Shown in pieces: positions 1-8,236 of a stretch of 33,852 nucleotides of DNA (its first letter is position 1; the number at the start of each line of letters is the position of its first letter). The stretch lies in NCBI GenBank assembly GCA_044440125.1, contig JBITAJ010000020.1, forward strand, positions 1-33,852. Direction: 5' to 3'. The notes below the pieces were generated by a model. That model was not told the origin of the DNA. It saw only the letters and a list, made by a program, of their open reading frames with translations, and did not search any database. Source of the DNA: Sedimentisphaeraceae bacterium JB056. GTDB taxonomy: Bacteria > Planctomycetota > Phycisphaerae > Sedimentisphaerales > Sedimentisphaeraceae. Made by a program: the position numbers and the translations under genes.

Positions 1-185
1 TCAAAATTAGTCAAAATGCTTCCTGTAATGGAAAAAACAAGTTTTTTAACCAGACGATCAATGAATACCATGCGAAATATCAATGCCTGTCAAAACAAAG
101 GCAAACTAAGACTCGAAAACCTTGCAAACGGAATAACTCAATAAGTAAAAAAACATTATGTAATTGTGTAAAGTTTATAATTTTA

Positions 186-214
186 GTGGAAAAAGAGGCG
201 TTTTTTTGTATAAT
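186..214 (+). promoter_or_regulatory. putative sigma70 promoter of carB-carA
   Basis: Perfect TATAAT at 209-214, with a weak -35-like GTGGAA at 186-191 and a 17-bp spacer. Confidence 0.5.
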
Positions 215-347
215 CCGCATAATTTACCATATGGTGCGCACCGACTGCGCGCCGTGATTGAAAGTGTGAAGAAAACAACTGAAAATCGCTGATTTTGGTA
301 CGTAGAGACCGAATCGGCTTTTCGGGCAAATTATAAGGAAATTGTAA

Positions 348-3300
348 GTGCCTAAGAGACAAGATATAAAGAAAATATTGATCATTGGTTCTGGTCCAAT
401 CGTTATTGGACAGGGCTGCGAATTTGATTACTCCGGAGCGCAGGCCTGTAAGGCTTTGAGACAGGAAGGGTATGAAGTCGTACTGGTAAACAGTAACCCG
501 GCTACAATCATGACCGACCCTGAGATGGCTGACAAGACCTACATTGAGCCTATCAAGGCTGAGGTTGTTGCCAAGATCATTGAAAAGGAACGCCCTGACA
601 GCGTACTGCCTACCCTTGGCGGTCAGACCGGTCTCAATACAGCCGTAGAGCTTGCCGAGAGCGGCGTGCTTGATAAGTACAACGTCAAGATGATCGGTGC
701 CAACCTCGAAACCATCAAAAAGGCAGAGGAACGCGATCTTTTCAAGGAAACTATCCAGCAGATCGGCCTTGAGGTTCCTGCCAGCGGGTATGCCCATTCA
801 TGGAAAGAGGCTCAGGAAGTCATTGAGTTTGTGAAGTTTCCTGCGATAATCAGGGCTTCGTTTACCCTCGGCGGTATGGGCGGCAACATCGCCTATAACA
901 TGGCGGAATATGAGAAGTATGTCAACTGGGGGCTTGATCTTAGCCCGATCAATCAGGTTCTTGTAGAGGAATCGGTAATCGGTTGGAAGGAATACGAGCT
1001 TGAGGTGATGAGGGACAACAAAGATAACGTTGTTATCGTTTGTCCTATCGAAAACCTCGATCCGATGGGTATTCATACCGGCGACAGTGTTACTGTTGCT
1101 CCAGCCCAGACGCTTACTGATAAAGAGTATCAGATAATGCGTGATGCGGCTATAAAGATTATCAGGGCAATCGGTGTTGAAACCGGCGGTTGCAATATCC
1201 AGTTCTCGGTAAATCCTGAAAATGGTAAGCTTTATGTTATCGAGATGAATCCGAGGGTTTCGAGGAGTTCGGCTCTTGCCTCAAAGGCTACGGGATTCCC
1301 GATTGCCAAGATGGCGGCTCTTCTGGCTGTGGGCTATACGCTTGATGAGATACCTAACGATATCACAAAGAAGACACCGGCATGTTTTGAGCCGACAATT
1401 GATTACTGCGTGGTTAAATATCCGCGTTTCACATTCGAGAAATTCCCTCAGACCAACTCAGAGCTTACTGTTCAGATGAAGTCGGTTGGCGAGGCGATGG
1501 CTATAGGTCGTACCTTCAAGGAAGCGTTCCAGAAATCACTGCGGTCGCTTGAGATCGACCGCTACAGCCTTGACAATAAGTATCTGCCTGAGGATCTTAC
1601 CGAAGAGATGCTTTATGAGCAGCTTCGCAAGTACAGATGGGATAAGCTGTGGTATGTGGCTGAGGCAATCAGACGCGGCATGGATATTGATCAGCTTTAC
1701 GATCTGACAAAGATCGACAGGTGGTATCTCCATAACTTCCGCGAAATAATCGAAATGGAGACAAAGCTCAAGAGCATGAAGCTTGCCGATATCGATGCGG
1801 AGCTAATGCTTGATGTCAAGAAGATGGGCTTTGCGGATAAGTATCTTGCTTCCATTTTTGGTGTAAGCGAGCTTGAGTTCCGTAATTTACGCAAAGAGCT
1901 TGGGGCCAAGAGTGTCTACAAGATGGTTGATACATGCGGTGCTGAGTTTGAGGCTCATACTCCATACCTTTATGGTACGTATGAGGATGAGTGTGAAGCG
2001 GCTCCGACTGACCGCAAGAAGGTTATCATCCTTGGCGGCGGGCCTAACAGAATCGGTCAGGGTATTGAGTTTGACTATTGCTGCGTTCATGCGGCGTTTG
2101 CTCTCAAGGAAATTGATGTTGAGGCAATCATGGTCAACTGTAACCCTGAGACAGTGAGTACAGACTATGACACATCTGATAAGCTGTTCTTTGAGCCGCT
2201 TACATTTGAAGATGTGATGAATATTATCGATGTTGAAAAGCCTTACGGTGTCATCGTGCAGTTTGGTGGTCAGACGCCGCTTAAGCTTGCTGATTCGCTG
2301 AAGAATGCCGGTGTTAATATAATCGGAACATCTCCAGACAGCATTGCACTGGCAGAAGACAGGAAGCTCTTCAATCAGGTTGTCGAGAAGCTTAATCTTA
2401 CTCAGCCTTTCAGCGGTACTGCCAAGAGCTACGAAGAGACTCTTGAGATTGCCAATAAGCTTGGCTATCCGCTGCTTATCAGGCCGTCTTTTGTGCTTGG
2501 CGGACGTGCTATGGAAGTCGTTCATGATGAAACCGCACTGAAAGCTTGTGTTGCCAATGCTATCGAGGCATCAGGCGAGCATCCTATTCTTGTTGACAAG
2601 TTCCTTGATGATGCTACCGAGCTTGATGTTGATGCGATTTGCGATGGCGATATCGTCGTTATCGGCGGAATTATGGAACATATCGAAGAGGCAGGCGTAC
2701 ACTCTGGTGACAGTGCGTGCGTTTTACCGCCTGTTTCGCTTAAGCCGGAGATTCGCGAGAAGGTTATAGAGCAGACAAAAGCCCTTGCACTTGAATTAGG
2801 TGTATGCGGGCTTATGAATATACAGTATGCGATTAAAGATGATGTCGTATACATACTTGAGGTTAATCCGAGAGCTTCACGTACGGTGCCGTTCGTGAGC
2901 AAGAGTATCGGTGTGCCTCTGGCTAAGATGGCGGCGAAGGTAATGGCCGGTAAGACGCTTACCGAGCTTGGGTTTACAGAGCAGGTGATCAGGAAGCATT
3001 ATTCTGTTAAGGAAGCGGTCTTCCCATTCCTTAAGTTCCCGGGTATTGATACAATACTTGGCCCTGAGATGCTCAGTACAGGTGAGGTTATGGGTATATG
3101 TGCTGATTACGGCAGGGCGTTCGGCAAGGCTCAGATGGCTGCGGGTAACGTATTGCCGAAACAGGGTGCGGTGCTTTTCAGTGTGAAGGATTCTGACAAA
3201 GAGAAGGCCGTGAAGCTTGCCTCTGAATTTGAAAAGATGGGCTTCAAGATTGTCGCTACAAAGGGAACGCATAAGTGCTTTACCGATAATGGCGTTTCTT

Positions 3301-3560
3301 CTTCGCTTGGGCTTAAAGTGAATGAGGGAAGGCCGAATATTGTTGATTCGATAATCAATGGTGATATCAGCCTGATTATCAATACGACTGTGGGTAAGAA
3401 GAGTATTCAGGATTCGTTTACTATCAGGCGTGGCGCTCTTGATAAGGGCTTGCCGTATGTAACTACAATGCGTGGTGCGGCGGCTGTTACGCTGGCGATA
3501 AGCTCTATGAAGGAGCAGGAAGCGACAGTGCAGAGCATTCAGGAATATTATACAGAGTGA
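348..3560 (+). CDS. carB: carbamoyl-phosphate synthase large subunit
   Basis: 1070 aa, GTG start after [36 protein letters not shown]-terminus, duplicated ATP-grasp halves ([35 protein letters not shown]), C-terminal MGS-like domain. Confidence 0.99.
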   Translation: MPKRQDIKKILIIGSGPIVIGQGCEFDYSGAQACKALRQEGYEVVLVNSNPATIMTDPEMADKTYIEPIKAEVVAKIIEKERPDSVLPTLGGQTGLNTAVELAESGVLDKYNVKMIGANLETIKKAEERDLFKETIQQIGLEVPASGYAHSWKEAQEVIEFVKFPAIIRASFTLGGMGGNIAYNMAEYEKYVNWGLDLSPINQVLVEESVIGWKEYELEVMRDNKDNVVIVCPIENLDPMGIHTGDSVTVAPAQTLTDKEYQIMRDAAIKIIRAIGVETGGCNIQFSVNPENGKLYVIEMNPRVSRSSALASKATGFPIAKMAALLAVGYTLDEIPNDITKKTPACFEPTIDYCVVKYPRFTFEKFPQTNSELTVQMKSVGEAMAIGRTFKEAFQKSLRSLEIDRYSLDNKYLPEDLTEEMLYEQLRKYRWDKLWYVAEAIRRGMDIDQLYDLTKIDRWYLHNFREIIEMETKLKSMKLADIDAELMLDVKKMGFADKYLASIFGVSELEFRNLRKELGAKSVYKMVDTCGAEFEAHTPYLYGTYEDECEAAPTDRKKVIILGGGPNRIGQGIEFDYCCVHAAFALKEIDVEAIMVNCNPETVSTDYDTSDKLFFEPLTFEDVMNIIDVEKPYGVIVQFGGQTPLKLADSLKNAGVNIIGTSPDSIALAEDRKLFNQVVEKLNLTQPFSGTAKSYEETLEIANKLGYPLLIRPSFVLGGRAMEVVHDETALKACVANAIEASGEHPILVDKFLDDATELDVDAICDGDIVVIGGIMEHIEEAGVHSGDSACVLPPVSLKPEIREKVIEQTKALALELGVCGLMNIQYAIKDDVVYILEVNPRASRTVPFVSKSIGVPLAKMAAKVMAGKTLTELGFTEQVIRKHYSVKEAVFPFLKFPGIDTILGPEMLSTGEVMGICADYGRAFGKAQMAAGNVLPKQGAVLFSVKDSDKEKAVKLASEFEKMGFKIVATKGTHKCFTDNGVSSSLGLKVNEGRPNIVDSIINGDISLIINTTVGKKSIQDSFTIRRGALDKGLPYVTTMRGAAAVTLAISSMKEQEATVQSIQEYYTE

Positions 3561-3626
3561 GCAATTAGCGATTAGCAGTAAGCTATAAGCAGTAAAAAGG
3601 CTTACGCCGCTGCTAACTACTAACTA
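3560..3626. repeat. heptamer tandem repeat (AGCNNTW x5) with short inverted arm
   Basis: agcaatt-agcgatt-agcagta-agctata-agcagta followed by tgctaac-tactaac in the carB-carA spacer. Confidence 0.75.
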
Positions 3627-3649
3627 TATTATAAAAGGAAACAAGCATA

Positions 3650-4771
3650 GTGAAAGCTATTCTATTACTTGAAGATGGTACGGTATTTAAGGGCAAGGGC
3701 TTCGGTGCAGAGACAGAGAGCTGCGGCGAGGTCGTGTTCAACACCAGTATGACCGGTTATCAGGAAATACTGACTGACCCTTCATATAACGAACAGATTA
3801 TAACAATGACTTATCCGCTCATAGGCAACTATGGTTCCAATAGTGAGGACGTGGAGAGCCGTAAGTGTTTTGCAAGAGGCCTGATTGTTAAGGAATACTG
3901 TGAGTATCCGAGCAACTGGCGTGATGAGCATACGCTGAGCGATTTTCTCAAACGTGAGAATGTAGTGGGGCTTGCTGATATTGATACACGTAAGCTCGTT
4001 CGTACATTGCGTGATAAGGGTGCGATGCGTGGCATTATCTCTGCGGTTGATTTTGATATTGACAGCTTGAAGGCCAAGTTGGATAAATATCCGGGTCTTG
4101 TTGGACGTGATATCGTGAGCGAAGTGTCAACGAAGGAAACTTACAAGTGGGATCAGGGCGTTGTGGATGTGCTTGCGGGCATGGAAATAGCTCCTACGAA
4201 GAAGGACTTCAAGGTGGTTGCGTATGATTTCGGGATCAAGCAGAATATTCTAAGGCTGCTGCGTTCTAACGGATTTGAAGTGACGGTCGTTCCCGGTGAT
4301 ATGCCTGCGGAGGATGTGCTCAAGCTTAATCCTGACGGTGTATTCCTAAGTAACGGCCCTGGAGACCCGGCGGCTGTTGAATACGGCATTGAGAATACAA
4401 AGAAGCTTTTGGGCAAGGTGCCGATTTTCGGTATATGCTTGGGACATCAGATTCTTTCGCTTGCTATGGGTGCCAAGAGCTTCAAGCTCAAGTTCGGTCA
4501 TAGAGGTGCGAATCATCCGGTGAAGAATCTCGATAATGAGAAGATTGAAATAACAAGCCAGAATCATGGGTTCTGTATCGATATTTCATCTATTGATGAT
4601 CAGGTTGAGCCGACACATATCAATCTCAACGATAATACGCTTGCGGGAATCAGGTGTAAGAATGTGCCTGCGTTTGCCGTGCAGTATCACCCTGAGGCAT
4701 CGCCGGGGCCGCACGATTCAAGATACCTTTTTGAATATTTCAAAAAGCTGATGCAAGAGCATAAAAAGTAA
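3650..4771 (+). CDS. carA: carbamoyl-phosphate synthase small subunit (glutamine amidotransferase)
   Basis: GEVVFNTSMTGYQEILTDPSY, LSNGPGDP, catalytic GICLGHQ and QYHPEASPGPHD motifs. Confidence 0.99.
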   Translation: MKAILLLEDGTVFKGKGFGAETESCGEVVFNTSMTGYQEILTDPSYNEQIITMTYPLIGNYGSNSEDVESRKCFARGLIVKEYCEYPSNWRDEHTLSDFLKRENVVGLADIDTRKLVRTLRDKGAMRGIISAVDFDIDSLKAKLDKYPGLVGRDIVSEVSTKETYKWDQGVVDVLAGMEIAPTKKDFKVVAYDFGIKQNILRLLRSNGFEVTVVPGDMPAEDVLKLNPDGVFLSNGPGDPAAVEYGIENTKKLLGKVPIFGICLGHQILSLAMGAKSFKLKFGHRGANHPVKNLDNEKIEITSQNHGFCIDISSIDDQVEPTHINLNDNTLAGIRCKNVPAFAVQYHPEASPGPHDSRYLFEYFKKLMQEHKK

Positions 4772-4775
4772 AAAT

Positions 4776-4813
4776 AAAAAAAGCGGATACCGTCAAAAGT
4801 ATCCGCTTTTTTT
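4776..4813. terminator. bidirectional Rho-independent terminator between carA and argJ
   Basis: aaaaaaagcggatac-cgtcaaaa-gtatccgcttttttt: perfect stem with A7 and T7 tails between convergent genes. Confidence 0.92.
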
Positions 4814-4839
4814 CTACTCGCTATTAGCTTCCGATTTTC

Positions 4840-6042
4840 TTATGTATGATAGTCGGCGTTGATTGTTACGTAGTCTTTGCTGAGGTCGCAGCCGTAGCAG
4901 TAGTCTTCGTATTTGCCTGCTCCAAGCTCTACAGTTATCGTGTGCTCTGGAGATGATACGATTTTGCTTGCCTTCTCAACATCAAACTTTGCCGGCTGAC
5001 CGTTTCTGAATACTGTTAGCTTATCGAGTTTGCATGTGAGCTTCGAGTCGTTTATTTTAACGCCGCATGAGCCAACTGCGCAGATTATTCTACCCCAGTT
5101 CGGATCGCCGCCATGGATAGCACATTTGACAAGGTCGTAGTCTGCTACCGCTCTTGCCGCTTTAGCCGCATCTGCCGCTGTTGCCGCACCTTTGATGAGG
5201 ACCTTGAATATTCTTGTTGCACCTTCTGCATCTTTTGCCATTTCTTTGGCGAGTGATTCGCATACGCCGCACAATGCCTTGACGAATTTGTCAAAGTCGG
5301 CATCGGCTTTCTTTATTGCTTCGTTTCCGGCTTTGCAGGAAGAGAGCAGGATGGCAGTGTCGTTGGTGCTTTGGTGAGCGTCAACAGTGAGCTTGTTCAA
5401 TGAACATCCGATTCCGATGGCGATTGCCTTCTGCAGCATCGGTTTGGATATGTTTATGTCGGTTGTCAGAAAGCAGAGTGTTGTAGCCATATTAGGAGCG
5501 ATCATTCCCGCACCCTTGACTGTACCTGCTACGGTTATCGTAGACTTGCCTATCTTGAATTTCTTGACGGCGTTTTTCTCTACAGTATCGGTTGTCAGTA
5601 TTGCGTTGGCGAAATTGTGTCCACTTTTCTCATTGCTACTCTTTTCTGCGGCGGCGGCTTTAATGCCGCTTACCACCTTATCCATAGGAAGCTGATGGCC
5701 TATGATGCCGGTAGAAGCTAAGAGCACCTCTTCATCTTTACATCCAAGCTCAGCGGCAAGTGTCTGACACATTTTTTCGGCATTTTTGAGGCCGGTTTTG
5801 CCTGTGCATGTGTTGGCGTTGCCTGAGTTGACAACGATTGCCATTGTGTTTCTGCTTTTTAGATTCGTACGGCATACATCAACCGCTGCCGATACGACTT
5901 TATTGGTAGTGAATACCGCGGCGGCTTTGGCGCCTTCGGGGCAGTAAATTACGCCGATATCCTCTTTGCCGGATGCCTTGATTCCGCTTTTAACTCCTGC
6001 CGCTAAGAAGCCTGCAGGGGATGTTATCGTGTTGTTTGCCAT
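4840..6042 (-). CDS. argJ: bifunctional glutamate N-acetyltransferase / amino-acid acetyltransferase
   Basis: Start moved to MANNTITSPAGF (400 aa). NSGNANTCTG, STGIIG, KGAGMIAPNMATTL autoproteolysis site, STNDT, DPNWGRI, INADYHT end. Confidence 0.97.
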   Translation of the reverse strand: MANNTITSPAGFLAAGVKSGIKASGKEDIGVIYCPEGAKAAAVFTTNKVVSAAVDVCRTNLKSRNTMAIVVNSGNANTCTGKTGLKNAEKMCQTLAAELGCKDEEVLLASTGIIGHQLPMDKVVSGIKAAAAEKSSNEKSGHNFANAILTTDTVEKNAVKKFKIGKSTITVAGTVKGAGMIAPNMATTLCFLTTDINISKPMLQKAIAIGIGCSLNKLTVDAHQSTNDTAILLSSCKAGNEAIKKADADFDKFVKALCGVCESLAKEMAKDAEGATRIFKVLIKGAATAADAAKAARAVADYDLVKCAIHGGDPNWGRIICAVGSCGVKINDSKLTCKLDKLTVFRNGQPAKFDVEKASKIVSSPEHTITVELGAGKYEDYCYGCDLSKDYVTINADYHT

Positions 6043-6133
6043 GTCTAAAACTCGCTGAAATTTCAAATTATCAATTAACGAAAATTGAATTATAACAAGG
6101 CGAATATAAAAGTAAAAACAATATTTTGGCTTC

Positions 6134-6223
6134 GAATACTTCTTTTTAACGCAAGGATGCTGAGACGCAAGAATATTTGTTGTTTGATTTTGACGGAATA
6201 GCAGGATATATGCCCGTTCCCTT
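6134..6223 (+). repeat. left copy of imperfect direct repeat flanking the OLD nuclease gene
   Basis: gaatacttctttttaacgcaaggatgctgagacgcaagaatatttgttgtttgattttgacggaatagcaggatatatgcccgttccctt aligns with 8105-8205. Confidence 0.9.
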
Positions 6224-6329
6224 GTGTTAGTTCTAAATTTATTATGAAGGCAATTTGATATTGTATTTGCAGACAAAAGGTGTATTATTTATAAGTATTT
6301 AATAGGTCTATTATAAGGAATGTGCGAAT

Positions 6330-8060
6330 ATGTTTATTGATGGTGTAGGGATATCAGGTTATAGAAGTTTTGGTAAGAATATCCAAAGAATTGGTCCTTT
6401 CAAGAAAGTTAATTTTCTTATAGGCAAGAATAATTCAGGAAAATCCAATATTCTCAGTTTTATCAGAGAGCAATACCCCAAAATTGTTTCAGGTGAACCT
6501 TGCAGTTTATCGCAACTTGACAACCATATAGGTTTGGAAGCAGAGAGCGCCTATGAATTTGGCATCGAAATAGGAGGGAAAAATATAGAGAATCTACTGA
6601 AAGTTTTGGTTAAAGATGATTCTATGTTTGAAATTATTGAACGTTTAATAAGAAAGATTTTGACATCAGATTTTTTTAGAAATAAAACAGAATTGGCTTG
6701 GTTTCCATATATTCCTCTTAGAGACGATGGTAGCCTTATAAAAAAAGTATCATTGAAGGTTGAGGAGGCTGAAGTATTGTCTCCAGATGAGTGGCAAACT
6801 TTGTGGAGTTTGTTCACTAATCAGACTGAAGGTAATATCGGTCTGCATTGGATACCAGAAACATTAGGTTTTTTATGTCGAAGACTAAGACATAACATAA
6901 AAGTTTCATTTATGCCTGTTATACGGCAAGTGGATAGTGGTTCTGAGAGTTCTGATAAACTTATTGTTAATGGACACGGACTTGTTAAAGAATTGGCAAA
7001 ACTTGAAAAGCCCAGATATGACCAACAGCACCTTAAAGAAAAATTTGAAGAAATAAACAATTTTCTTCAAACAGTAACAGGTAATAATACTGCCAGAATT
7101 GAAATTCCGAGTGAACAAAATATGATTCAGGTAGATATGGATGGGAAAACTTTGCCGTTGAGTTCTTTGGGGACAGGATTACATCAGGTAATAATAATCG
7201 CATCTGCTGCGACTGTTTTAGAGAATCAGGTTATTTGCATTGAAGAGCCAGAAATTCATTTGCATCCACTTTTACAGAGACAATTACTCCGTTATTTGTC
7301 AGAGAATACAAATAATCAGTATTTTATTGCCTCTCATTCTACGCATATGTTAGAAACACCAGATGCTGCAATATTTCATATTCGTCTTGAAGATGGTTGC
7401 AGTGTAGTGAGTAATGTAGCTAATGATTTGCAAAAATCACAAATTTGTGATGAGTTAGGCTATAAGGCATCAGATATACTTCAGGCTAATTGCATTATAT
7501 GGGTTGAAGGACCATCAGATAGAATATATATAAATAATTGGATTCATTCTAAAGACGCAACCCTGATTGAAGGTTTACATTATTCAATAATGTTTTATGG
7601 TGGAAGATTGTTGAGCCATTTAACAGCAGAAGATTCAGATGTTGATGACTTTATCTCTCTAAGGCGTCTTAACAGGCATATGGCTATAGTTATTGATAGT
7701 GATAAGAAAAAGAAGGCTGATGAAATTAATGATACAAAAAAGAGAGTTAAGTCCGAGTTTGAGGAGTATGACGATTTTGTCTGGATAACTGAAGGTAAAG
7801 AGATTGAGAATTATTTGAGTTCAGATTCAATTAGTCAAGCATTAAGAGAATTATATACCGATGATGTAGATATTATTAAATATTCCGAATTTAACAATTG
7901 CATTCAAGTTAAAAAGAAAGATGGTAAGTATAAAACTGCTGATAAAGTTAAATTGGCTAAAATTATCAAAAAACAGAAGATAAATTTCGGGGTCATGGAT
8001 TTAGAAGAAAAGATAGATTCATTAGTTGAGTATATACGTAAAGCCAATTGTGAAAGTTAG
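6330..8060 (+). CDS. OLD-family ATP-dependent nuclease (ABC ATPase + TOPRIM), putative anti-phage effector
   Basis: Walker A GKNNSGKS, signature-like SLGTG, Walker B ICIEEPEIHLHP, H-loop ASHS, TOPRIM WVEGPSD, DxD (IDSD) and KEIENYL. Visibly more AT-rich than its neighbours. Confidence 0.88.
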   Translation: MFIDGVGISGYRSFGKNIQRIGPFKKVNFLIGKNNSGKSNILSFIREQYPKIVSGEPCSLSQLDNHIGLEAESAYEFGIEIGGKNIENLLKVLVKDDSMFEIIERLIRKILTSDFFRNKTELAWFPYIPLRDDGSLIKKVSLKVEEAEVLSPDEWQTLWSLFTNQTEGNIGLHWIPETLGFLCRRLRHNIKVSFMPVIRQVDSGSESSDKLIVNGHGLVKELAKLEKPRYDQQHLKEKFEEINNFLQTVTGNNTARIEIPSEQNMIQVDMDGKTLPLSSLGTGLHQVIIIASAATVLENQVICIEEPEIHLHPLLQRQLLRYLSENTNNQYFIASHSTHMLETPDAAIFHIRLEDGCSVVSNVANDLQKSQICDELGYKASDILQANCIIWVEGPSDRIYINNWIHSKDATLIEGLHYSIMFYGGRLLSHLTAEDSDVDDFISLRRLNRHMAIVIDSDKKKKADEINDTKKRVKSEFEEYDDFVWITEGKEIENYLSSDSISQALRELYTDDVDIIKYSEFNNCIQVKKKDGKYKTADKVKLAKIIKKQKINFGVMDLEEKIDSLVEYIRKANCES

Positions 8061-8104
8061 CCCTTGAACTTTCAGTTGAATAATTAAGGATATGGAAAAT
8101 CCCT

Positions 8105-8205
8105 GAATACTCTTCTTTTTAACGCAAGGACGCTGAGACTCAAGAATCTTTGTTGTTTGATATTGACAGGATAACAGGATTTGCAGGATAATTGCCCGCT
8201 CCCTT
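8105..8205 (+). repeat. right copy of imperfect direct repeat flanking the OLD nuclease gene
   Basis: gaatactcttctttttaacgcaaggacgctgagactcaagaatctttgttgtttgatattgacaggataacaggatttgcaggataattgcccgctccctt aligns with 6134-6223. Confidence 0.9.
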
Positions 8206-8220
8206 CCGGTCGCGGTACTG

Positions 8221-8236
8221 ATAGTCAATTGACTAT
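8221..8236. other. perfect 16-bp palindrome abutting the mfd stop codon
   Basis: atagtcaattgactat is its own reverse complement; function unknown. Confidence 0.7.

Noticed and set aside
231..325. PyrR attenuator upstream of carB
   Set aside because: No ARUCCNGNGAGGYU binding loop and no U-tailed terminator
183..3382. Long antisense and alternate-frame ORFs over carB (e.g. 183-797, 1887-2525)
   Set aside because: Shadows of a highly conserved gene with no recognisable motifs; the same applies to similar ORFs over carA, argJ, mfd, siaA and yitJ
6043..6276. 78-aa N-terminal extension of ArgJ in the ORF track
   Set aside because: It runs through AT-rich intergenic and repeat DNA; ArgJ-like sequence begins at MANNTITSPAGF (6042)
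6134..8205. CRISPR or integron attC interpretation of the direct repeats
   Set aside because: Only two diverged copies 2 kb apart, no spacers, cas genes or integrase, and no clear attC inverted symmetry
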